A stretch of 15,281 nt of DNA from Azolla caroliniana (lineage: Eukaryota > Plantae > Polypodiophyta). Below the pieces are notes generated by a model that searched no databases, had not been told where the DNA came from, and was given only the letters and a program-made list of their open reading frames with translations. Of the stretch, positions 1 through 9,840 are shown piece by piece. How positions within the stretch are numbered: the stretch's first letter is position 1; the number at the start of each line of letters is the position of its first letter. The DNA lies in contig JBHGNT010000806.1 in NCBI GenBank assembly GCA_043228905.1, positions 1 through 15,281 of the forward strand, in the 5' to 3' direction. The position numbers were made by a program, and so were the translations under genes.

Positions 1-405
1 AAAGACACCCCTATTATTCACACGTTTTTACAAGGGTAAGTGCACATGATGCACTCCGCCGATTCTTCCGATATTCCCCGGTTTCTCACCATGGCCTGGA
101 ATCTTCACGACAACGTGATCAGGGCAGATTTGGTTGATGGGCTAAAAGAGGCATGGGATGTTGGGTACTTACCTACGCAATTTCAAGAGGGGATGATATT
201 TGTAATTCCTAAGTTACAAGGTGTAACAACTGATGCAAAGCAATGGAGACCGATCACGCTGCTCAACACAATATATAAGATATTTGCCAATATACTAGCC
301 AAGAGGGTAAAACCCTACCTATAGGAACTAATCCATGTTGGACAAACAAGGTTCATGGAAAACAGATGCATAATTGTTAATGTGTTGACATTTTGGGAGG
401 CGATT

Positions 406-776
406 CGTTGAGAATCAAGCTCAACTTGGTCTAGTGTGTGAACTCACCTTGAGAGTGAAGAGACACTCCAACGATCAAGAGTCACCATTATGTCACCACT
501 TTGTAGCATTTAGTATGAGTCATAGAATCATATTCTATGACACATAACTTATGAGCTTTCACATTCCCCATGCTCCATGAGTCTTGTAAAGCACCCTCCT
601 CCCACCTTGTAAAACGTTAAGTCTTTCTCCTTTGTCAATATATTTTTACCTTGCGTATTTCTTCTCACTCACTCTCTCTCTCTCTCACTCTCTCTCTCAC
701 TCTCTCTCTCTCTCTTACACACACACATAACTCACATCTCTTCCGCTTCACAGGAATCCATATCCGATTCTTTACA
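406..776. mobile_element. Solo-LTR-like insertion (371 bp) in the LINE RT domain
   Basis: Splits RT between FWEAI and DQHIACLMLDFEKAY. Ends (C)GTTGAGAATC ... GATTCTTTACA form an imperfect inverted repeat with a CA 3' end. Flanked by CGATT (401-405) and CGATC (777-781). No coding content. Confidence 0.7.
661..727. repeat. Compound (CT)n/(CA)n microsatellite inside the solo LTR
   Basis: CTCTCTCTC tracts interrupted by CA, then ACACACACACA. Confidence 0.9.
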
Positions 777-1852
777 CGATCAGCACATTGCCTGTCTCAT
801 GCTTGACTTTGAGAAGGCATATGACAAAGTTCAGTGGTCTTTTTTAGATAAAGTCATGGAAAGGTTGGGATTACCTTTAAAATAGAGATCGGTTGCGATG
901 GCCCTTTACAAAGGAAGTTCGAGTAGGGTGTTAGTGACAGGGCATCGTGGCCCATCGATTCCATTATGCAGATCTGTTAAATAGGTGTTCTCGTTGGCCC
1001 CCTATCTTTATTTATTTATTACAGAGGCATTCTCTTTCTTTTTTAACAGATTGGATGCAGGAATAAGGGGTTTAGTTATTCCACATGCGAGCAAGGATTT
1101 GCTGAACTTTGAGTATGCAGATGACACTATGCTTTACTTGCAAGGCAACGATGCTAATTTACAGAAGGTTGAAGGACAGATTGAGTGGTTTTGCAAAGCG
1201 TTAGGGGGGAAAATTAATTGGAACAAAAGTAGAGGATTCTGAGTAAGTTCAAACCCACGACCGTTATGGTGTCCTAACGTTGATTTTTAATGGGTCCCCT
1301 ATGGGATGGCTGTTAAGTATTTGGGCTTTTTGGTGGAAGTTGAGACACCTAAAAATTAGCAGCTTGAACAAGTCAAAGACAAAATTAGAAAAAAGCTTCG
1401 GTTGTGGGCATTACTAAAGCTCTCCCTTGTTGGTAGGGTTGTGGTGGTGAACCATACTTTGCTGGCCACCATGTGGCATTCAATGGCATATTGGATGTTA
1501 GACAAAGCCTACATAAAAAATATTGAGGCAATGGTGAGAGGGTTCTTGTGGTCGGGTAGAGATAATGAGATGGAGTCAACTAAAGTGGCATGGGGTTATT
1601 TAATTAAGACAAAGAATCAGGGATGACTTGGACTGGTGAATCCGGTTCACCAAAGTAAGGCTCTACTTGTAAGCTTTTGGTGCGAAGTCTGCAACCTGGA
1701 CCAGAATTGTGGAAGGTGCTCCTTAGGAACAAAGCTGACCTTTGGTGTCCCAGGAATGGTGGTCCTTGGCAGGAAAATACATGGTGGATGTTCAGTCCAG
1801 CTCTAAAGTTGAAAGAACCGGCTAGCATGGAGGATAGGGTGGTTTGTGTCGT

Positions 1853-2570
1853 TGTCATGAGGATTTTCAGCCAGGGTGGGAAAACCAAGTGGGATAGATA
1901 AAATGGGGATGTGCAACATTGGACATGCACTTGGAAGATTTGTAAAAGAAACAAATGTAAAAAAGGAAGGGTAAATGTAAGGTGTTAAAAGTGCACTACA
2001 AAAATTCATAAAGTGTAAATGTGATGTGCATTTATGTGCACATGCACATGTAGACTAAAGGGAGAGTACATGAAGTATGGGCGTAGTGAGTAGTGGGCAT
2101 AGTGTGTGTGTGAGGGAGGGAGTTAAGGCTTCATCAATCTCTCCTCTTAAGATCAAGGCCTCACCCCTTACTACTATAAAAGGGAGTGAGGGGCCATTTT
2201 TGAGGGGCTTCCACTTTTTGGGTTTCTTTGGGTTGCCATTAAGGTTTCGGAATTTTGGGTTTTAGGATCTCGTTTTAGGGGTTTCATTCATCATCTTCTT
2301 TTCCCCTATCCGGTTAGGGTTTCATCTAGAGGGTTTACATTCGGCCTACGCGGCCATGGTTGTAATTCATGTGGTGTTTTCGTAATATAATCATTCGATG
2401 AATCTTGTCTTGTCTTGTCTCTAATCTTAATCTCTCCAATCTTAACCTCTCTAACCTTAATCTTTCCCTTCTCGGTTAAACTCCTAAGCTTCTTTCCCTT
2501 CTCTCACTCTCTAGTCCAAGACCCTCGTGGTCACGTCCTATCCGACATGCACGAGCGGATTTCTGCGACA
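1853..2570 (+). mobile_element. Second solo-LTR-like insertion (about 718 bp, possibly Gypsy-type) in the LINE
   Basis: LINE reading stops after EDRVVCV and resumes at LMKAWSSLREG (2573 onward). The insert starts TGTCATG and ends GCGACA. It contains CTATAAAAGGG (TATA-like, about 2174), TAGGGTTTC motifs and short tandem repeats (2402-2463). No clean TSD, so the boundaries are approximate. Confidence 0.6.
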
Positions 2571-4292
2571 CCCTAATGAAGGCATGGTCAAGTTTAAGAG
2601 AAGGGTTGGTCTTAATGCAACTAAAAACACTGGATGAATAGCTACGGCAACCATAATTGTTTTGGAACCCTAGGATTAGAAATGAAGATGGTATGATGCT
2701 TGAACAACAAAAGTACTTGCCTTGGGGAAGGATGCTAGGGTACAAGATTAGGTCGGTACACGATTGGGAGGTCTTCAACATGAAGAGGCGGGTGGGTTAG
2801 GCTGTTAGTTGTAGGATTACTGGAAGATTAGAGAAGGTGACCCATTTGATAGAAGGGGTTATTAATGGATTAGGTAAGTTGACTACGGAAGAGGCAGTTT
2901 GGCCAAGTTGGTTTGTAGGTGAAGGTGATGCACAACTTATCCGTGGTAGGTGCTCAACTAGTGAGGCTCAGTTGTGGGGTAACCTAAGTTTTTTGACAAA
3001 TGATGGTAGGTGCTTGGCATTGCGGGTGGCGGTGTTGGAGGGTAGGAGGTGGCAACTGAACCCAGACCCTAAGACACTGGATCATGGTTGTAAAATATGA
3101 CTTTTCGATAACAAGCCCTTATATGATTTGAAGTGGGATCCATTGGAGGTATGGTGGCAGACACCAGGAACAAACTTGAAAAGGTTTTTTGAGTACAATA
3201 CCAAGCTAGGAAGACAAATCATTGGCTCCAAAACTGTGGGTGCTGTAATGATTCGTAATAGTTGGAAGGATAAAGGCATTTCAAATGACTATTTGAAGTC
3301 GTGTTGGAGGAGACTATGGGCATTGGATATGCCAGAAAAAATTAAGGCTTGGTTGTGGCTTCTTAGCCACAAGGCGGTACCTGTAGGCGAGTGGTTGAGT
3401 TCCCGTGGTGGTGAGGCTGGAATCAATCTCTCATTGTTTAGGGATCATCAATCTCTCACTATTTTTGGAATTGTATAGAGGCAATTACCATTTGGAGTAG
3501 AACCCTTCGAATTGTGGCAACCTATGGTGTGAAAGGAAACGTTGTGTGGGGCTCAATACAAGGACTGTCTCTAAAAGGGGAAAGCTGGGGTGAACGGTTA
3601 AACCCTCAAGGACATGGATTTATAGTGCAGGGTGGTAGCATGTTCTAATGTGATGGGGTGAGACCAGGCCCAAATTCTGAAATTTTTGAGGAGATTTGGC
3701 TTATGGTGGCGTGTTTAACGGCATGACACATTTGGATCAGGCGTTGTAAGTTTGTTTTTCAGCAACAAAAACTCTCGTGCGGGGAGATGATGTTAAATAT
3801 CCAGTTTGATCTTGTGGCTTGGTTGCATGGTCAGTATGATTCGATTCAGGGGGAATCGGAAGAAGCAAAAAAGGCAAGGTCAAAGTTCTTGCTGAAATGG
3901 AGTAGCTCTCCCATGATAGTCAAATCTTCATCGAGGACTAAGTGGAATTACCAGGCACCTAGGTGGATGTTTCCACCGATGGCTCCCAATATTGTACATG
4001 GGTTGTAATTATGTATGTATAGCTAACCCAAACATGGGTTAGTATAGTCATGTTACCCGGATAATGCTGTTAGAAAAGAGTTAGTTGGGAGATGTAGAGT
4101 AGGGGTAAAATAGGGTTTATTTCAATTTTGTTTGAGTTAAGGATTGGTTGAGTTTTTGTTTGATAGTTTTGGAGTTGTTCCTCCAAGTTGTATATGTTGA
4201 TCCCATTGTGGATTTGGGTAAACTCTATTGTATTCTATTTGCTAACTAATGCGAAGTAGTATTTTTTTGGGATTTAAAAAAAATAAAATAAA

Positions 4293-4605
4293 GGTTTTTT
4301 ATGGATTATTTAATTTAACTTAAATGCTTATTTAATTTAATGTATTTTTGTTTATTTAGATTTTTAATTAGTTTGACTTAAATGGTTAGGTTTAATTTTT
4401 TTATTAAATGGTTCGGTTCGGTTTCAACTTTTCCCTAATAGTTTGGGTTTTAATGGTTTGGTTTGCTTTTCCTCAAATGGTTTGGTTTAAATGGTTTGAG
4501 AGTTCATAAACGGTTTGGGTTGGTTTTTGTTTTATATAAATGGTTCGGTTTCGGTTCCGTTCCGTTTCTTTGCCTTGAAACCGAACCGAACCATGCCCAT
4601 TCCTA
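4293..4605. mobile_element. Right-hand part of a non-autonomous hAT-like MITE
   Basis: AT-rich body with many GGTTCGGTT and decayed GGTTTGGTT subterminal motifs (4410-4424, 4542-4566), ending AAACCGAACCGAACCATGCCCATTCCTA at 4605 (reverse complement TAGGAATGGGCATGGTTCGGTTCGG), which resembles plant hAT-MITE termini. Confidence 0.6.
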
Positions 4606-5775
4606 TTGATGACAATGAGTTTAAATATAACCAATAGTATTGAAAGTGAAACATCTTCACGTAGATTGTTGCAAGGATGTAGCAGCTCTTGAGATTCAAA
4701 AATCTTTGTAAAGAATGTTGCAATTGGGCAACCTTAGGGTAAGTTGATTGTAAGGATAAAAGGACATAGAAAATCTAATGCCTAACAATAAGGTCAAGGA
4801 CTAATATAAAGACAAGAAGGTCGTGCTTGATCGACTTTATTTCACATAGTCATCTAGTAAATTGGTGGGATATGGGATCTAGTAACTTTACTATCATTTC
4901 AGCATCATTTGAGGCTAAGATTTAGGAGTTTGTCAATTTATATTTCCTAGTTGGAAGCAACCAACTTTAGTACAACTAATTTTATTTTTATGTATTTCAT
5001 GGGTAGTAGAGAAAATGCTCGCAAGACATTTAGGTTAGTAACTTATCACAAAGTAAAAGAAGAAAGATTTATATTTTGACATCATAGAAGCTACTTACAA
5101 CATGTTCTTTCATAAAAAAAACCATTATTCAATAAAGCTAGGTATTATTAGATGGAAGGTACATTGTTTAATCATTGATAATGAAAGAACAACATAATTC
5201 AAATGTATAGAATGTTTAATAACATGCTATAATGAAAGAACTACCTTGAATGATTTAGTAATGAAGAGAAGCCTTTTTTATCCATAGGGATTTTAGAATG
5301 AATGGAGTGAAGTCCATGCATGGAAAACCCATGATTTGACAGTAGGTTCTCAAAGAGTCTATTCTTGTTTGTAGAGAGAGACAATATCGACATCCATGGC
5401 AAACCAAATAGAGAATCTCGAATGGAACCTTCCCGCCACATGCTTAGTAGTGTAAGGATTTTATTACTATTTTTAAAACATAGGAAAAGAGAGTTTAGTA
5501 GATAGAGAACTTAATTGTATCAATTGCTTGAGGTAACTAAAGAAACTTTGAGACTATATATAAATGAAAGCAAGCAATAGGTTATTGATGTACTTTTTGA
5601 TCAATTGTTTCATATCGACCAATATACACGGAAAACAAATCATTTGAAATGGAAACTAAATCAAAAGGGACAAGAAAATCAAGAACTCTCCAAAAGTGTG
5701 TATGCACACTTTATGTAGGTTTTTGTTGGAAACTAGAGAGAAAGAAAGCTCATGAGAGAGGCATGTAACAATTGA

Positions 5776-5780
<5 letters not shown>

Positions 5781-5823
<43 letters not shown>
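5781..5823. repeat. Perfect (CT)21 microsatellite (GAGA-type element) 120 bp upstream of the pectate lyase ATG
   Basis: Uninterrupted CT dinucleotide run at 5781-5822. Confidence 0.95.
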
Positions 5824-5827
<4 letters not shown>

Positions 5828-5942
5828 TTAAACAATCAATCATTGAGAGCATCTCTCTTTGCATGGCCCCTTTATTAACCCACCACCTTCCACTCTACTA
5901 TCACTAGCCCTACTCTCTCTCTCTTTCTCTTCTCCATCTCAA

Positions 5943-8063
5943 ATGGAGACGCCATCTTGCCTTCTACATCCACTATCCTTTCTTCTTGCCATCACGATCA
6001 TACTAGTTTCCATAACCTTCATAACCACCAAAATGTCTATGGTTTCATGTACTAGTAATAACAAAAATATGAACAACAACCACCTTGACATTAGTACCCC
6101 TAATTTTACATCTCTTGATCATACACACATGAATATAATTGATGCATGTTGGAGAAACAATCCTAATTGGGCAGACAATAGAATGGCTCTAGCTAATTGT
6201 GTCGTGGGATTTGGTAGCCATGCCAAAGGTGGACAAGGAGGAGAATATTATGTAGTCTCGGATCCGTCAGATGATGACCCTAGTAATCCGACACTTGGCA
6301 CATTGCGGCATGCCATCACACGCTTGACTCCCCTATGGATCTACTTCGCACACGACATGAACATCACCCTACAAAATGAGCTCATATTTACAAGTGACAA
6401 AACCTTAGATGCAAGAGGCACAAATGTGCACATATCCCATGGTCCATGCTTCACAATTCAAAATGTGAGCAATGTCATCATCCATGGTTTGCACATCCAT
6501 AATTGCACCCTTGGTACACCTGGTCGAGTCATGAGCTCAAGTGCCCACATTGGGTTTCGACAAGGATCTGATGGGGATGGAATAAGTGTTTTTGCCTCCA
6601 AGGACATTTGGATCGACCATAACTATTTTTCCTCATGCTATGATGGACTTGTGGATGTAGTGCATGCCTCCACACGTGTTACTATCTCCAACAACCTCTT
6701 TGTGAATCATGATAAGGTGATAGGACATATTTAATGATATATCATATAACATATGCATTCTTTCCTTTTGTATATAAACATGGAACATATTTGACATGGT
6801 ATATTCTATATGTGTAGGTCATGTTGTTGGGTCATAATGATGCTTTCATAGATGATAAAGCAATGCAAGTTACTATCATCTTTAATCATTTTGGTCCTGG
6901 TCTTGTGCAACGAATGCCTCGGTAATAGATACTCTTCCATTCTTAGATAATTGTTTTATGTAGCCATGCCATAATATAAAATGCATTACTCAAGTCCCAA
7001 TGCCCATTCTTTGCATAGGTCTTGAATTGCGTAAATGCGTCACATGGTATATCTCATTGTTTACACTCCTTACGTGAATAAACTTCATTGTGAATATCAA
7101 GATTCTCATAGGGCAGAAGACTGATTCAATCATCGTTGTTACTACATAGATAGACATGCAATTGTTATGATGTTGTAGTGTGCAATTATATGTGTAGATT
7201 TATATAAAATCTGTAAGGCATTGTAAGTTTCAACATGGTATCTACAGGTGTCGTTTTGGACTTTTCCATGTTGTAAACAATGATTATTATGAGTGGAGTA
7301 TGTATGCGATAGGTGGAAGTGCAAATCCTACTATTATTAGTCAAGGGAATCGTTTTCTTGCAGCTTCTAAAAAGGAGGTGTGTTATTTATCTACTTCAAG
7401 CCATCATTACTCTATAAGCAAAACCTCAAATGCAAATGCACGTAATACATTGTCAAAATAGGCCATCATCCACTCTTATATTTCAATTCTTTTTCAACAA
7501 AATAAGTTAACAAGTAACAATAAAAAAGATATGTGCTTAAATTAATTTAAATTGGGTACTTACATTAGATGTTCCATCTCTAATTTTTCATATCATTAAA
7601 TTGGGTACTTGTGGACGATTCAAAGTCAATTCTGGCATTTTTCATATCATTAAATCATTAAAGTTAACTAAGTATTCTCAGTAAAAAAGGGAAATGTTTA
7701 AATATTTGCACATGTTACACCCTTAGTTGGCATTCTTTGGTCACATACAACTTAGTAGTTACTTTCCTTCAATTCTTATTATAACAAAGTTTTGGTTCGT
7801 TATAAGTACCATTGTAGAGCGTAGCAAACTTAAACACATTTCTTGAATTATTGAAGGTTACAAAGAGAGAGAGCCAAGGAAATTGGACAGAGTGGGCATG
7901 GCGATCTTTAGATGACACATTCTTGAATGGGGCATACTTTGTTCAATCAGGGGCACTAATAAATGTAGAGAGGCAATATGGTCAAATTGGATCAAGAACA
8001 TTTGCACCATTCATGACAAGCAATGCTGGACCCTTAGATTGTGTAGTAGGAAGTTCATGTTGA
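5943..8063 (+). CDS. Pectate lyase (polysaccharide lyase family 1, plant PLL), 4 exons: 5943-6716, 6818-6921, 7248-7377, 7857-8063; 404 aa
   Basis: N-terminal hydrophobic signal/anchor, IDACWR, GFG..A.GG, Ca-binding DGDGI, WIDH, DGLVD, catalytic QRMPRCRFG (spans intron 2), [19 protein letters not shown] and C-terminal [12 protein letters not shown]. All introns are GT-AG (6717-6817, 6922-7247, 7378-7856) and exon lengths 774+104+130+207=1215 nt keep the frame. Confidence 0.95.
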
Positions 8064-8469
8064 ACTTCATACTACATACACTATATGGATTAATTATTCT
8101 TGTTATTTTGACGATTAATTATTTCTAAATATTTGATTATTTTAACCAAACAAACCTTGCAATTGGTATCTTTGTGGCACAAATGTTATCCTTTTACCTT
8201 CCTCTTCAAAGGAAATTGTAAGACCCGATTTATGGGAACACTAACTGTTTTTATACATTTGGACTAACCTTTTGTTGACATGCTTTAAGTTAAACTTTCC
8301 TAGTTATAAGCAATATATGTGAACATTGGCAATTATTTTGGCGACCAAGCAATTCAATGTTGCGCTTGATTAAGACTTTATATGCAGTGATCTACTTTCT
8401 TCAGTCAAATGTTTTTTATTGTTCCCCGATATTATGATTTTCATAGTTCTAGCATGATTTACATGATGA

Positions 8470-8790
8470 TATGTCTATCATTGTCTTCCTTAAACGTCCA
8501 ACTTTTGTCAATGTAAAGTCATACACAATGATATTCACCTCACTAATGTCAATTATAGATGTATTACAAAAGTTTAATGCATCACCACATCCAAAACTTT
8601 ACCAATCCAAAATTGGCACAGGTCATGTGTAGTTATTAATATCCCCACCTTAAGTTCTTGCAAGTTTCGTTGTCACCTAAGTTATGCTCCTATTGTCATC
8701 CTTGGTTCCACATAAATGTGTCTTTGTTGTGGATGGACCAAACTAAGAAGATCAACATTAAGTGCAGTGCTTGAAGTGGTGATTGAGACC
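8470..8790 (-). pseudogene. Decayed coding relic, possibly the C-terminus of a DNA-transposon protein
   Basis: Minus-strand translation ALNVDLLSLVHPQQRHIYVEPR..*..*..LQELKVGILITTHDLCQFWIGKVLDV (8765-8586), then in another frame NTSIIDISEVNIIVYDFTLTKVGRLRKTMIDI (8565-8470). Protein-like but with stops. The family assignment is from memory only. Confidence 0.45.
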
Positions 8791-8974
8791 ACAAGAATAT
8801 TTTATAGACCATGTAAACGACATTTTCAAGGTTCAATGATCATAAACACAATTATTGATTGTTTTTTGTTGATCAATGAAGAATATGTTCACCATAAAAT
8901 ATCTTGTCATGCAACATAGCTCTTTGCATTATCGATATGCTTCTTTTTCTCTTATAAAAACAAAGATTTTAGTA

Positions 8975-9631
8975 CAATTGGAGTTCATGTTTAAAAAGGT
9001 TCTTTTATTTGAAAAAAAAGAACATTTTTAAACATGAAATTCATACATTGTATTGAGTTGATGTAAAACGTAGAGTTTTCATTACAATTTGATATGATGC
9101 ATCGAATTCATCTTCTGAGTTTTTTTGTTGGATTAAAAAAAAACAAAAACAAATTGAGCTTGAGTTGATGAAAAACCAGAGTTTTCATCACAATTCGATA
9201 CAATGTATCGAGTTCATGTTTTAAGTATTTTTTAAACATTATTTATTTATTATTATTTTTGGTTCTTTATGGGAAAAAAAAACTTTAAACATTAATTCAA
9301 TACATTATATTGAATTTGTGGTGAAAATTTTGGTTTTATCATCAGTGCAAGCTCAATTTTTTATTTATTTTAAAAACAAAAAAAAAAACATGAACTTGGT
9401 ACAATGTATCGAGTTCATATTGAAAACTAAGCTTTTCAACACGAACTCGATACAATGTATCGAGTCCATGTAAAAAATTGAGTTTTCAACATGAACTTGA
9501 TACATTGTATCGAATTGCATTACGAAGTTTGTGTTTTACTATTAAAATTATCGAGTTACTTAATAAATTGTATATTTTCACAAATAATCTCTATTTTTGT
9601 AATGAATTTCTATTTTTTTCCAAGATTTTCC
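8975..9631. mobile_element. Foldback / Mutator-like non-autonomous element built from palindromic modules
   Basis: Several copies of the palindrome CATGAACTCGATACA(A/T)TGTATCGAGTTCATG (near 9033, 9086, 9192, 9290, 9389, 9441, 9490). Segment 9140-9232 is the near reverse complement of 9273-9365. The right end reads GGAAAATCTTGGAAAAAAATAG on the minus strand (MULE-like). The left terminus was not found. Confidence 0.55.
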
Positions 9632-9840
9632 GTTAGAAAAATTGTTCAATGGGTGTTTTTACTACACTATTTAGTGTTTGTTTCGCATAATATTTAACAA
9701 AAATTCATTAATTTTGCGATATTTCGCATCTACCTATCTCTTTTTGCATTTAGAGCCCTTTTCTAGAGTTAATCTGTCTTTAAACAAGTTGTTTGAAATT
9801 ACTTGTTAGTTCATATAATTGAGTTTCTCTATATTTTTAG

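Larger units (their letters stand above)
113..4008 (+). pseudogene. LINE ORF2 reverse transcriptase pseudogene (track ORFs 40, 985, 1402, 1677, 2837, 3128 and 3787 are fragments of it)
   Basis: Collinear plus-strand ORF fragments separated by in-frame stops (e.g. TAG 322-324, TGA 1240-1242), frameshifts and two large insertions. Confidence 0.88.
113..4292 (+). mobile_element. Decayed non-LTR retrotransposon (LINE, L1-like) ORF2 plus 3' UTR and A-rich tail, interrupted by nested insertions
   Basis: RT motifs in order across stops and frameshifts: WRPITLLNTIYKIFA (244-288), MLDFEKAYDKVQW (about 800-837), YADD (1114-1125), KINWNKS, KYLG. zf-RVT remnant LWALDMPEKIKAWLWLLSHKAVPV ... SISHYFWNC (about 3310-3475). 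Last ORF ends at stop 4008, followed by a GT-rich 3' UTR and AAAAAAAATAAAATAAA at 4276-4292. Confidence 0.9.

Noticed and set aside
4532-4723. 63-aa minus-strand ORF, and similar ORFs at 8716, 9491 and 7142
   Set aside because: Chance ORFs over MITE, antisense relic, AT-rich repeat or intron/exon sequence.
5241-5441. Minus-strand 66-aa ORF, faintly like a LINE zf-RVT segment
   Set aside because: Similarity is too weak to support, and no Cys/His motif is visible.
5859-6734. 291-aa single-exon ORF as given in the track
   Set aside because: Starts at a TTG in the 5' UTR and runs into intron 1. The real exon 1 is 5943-6716.
9030-9520. CRISPR-like array of palindromic 30-bp repeats
   Set aside because: Eukaryotic context, no cas genes, spacers are related to each other and irregular in length, and the array is mirror-symmetric. 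A foldback transposon fits better.
9665-9676. CACTA start as a CACTA transposon terminus upstream of the MTase
   Set aside because: CACTATTTAGTG does not continue as a typical CACTA TIR, and no partner TAGTG end with a 3-bp TSD was found.
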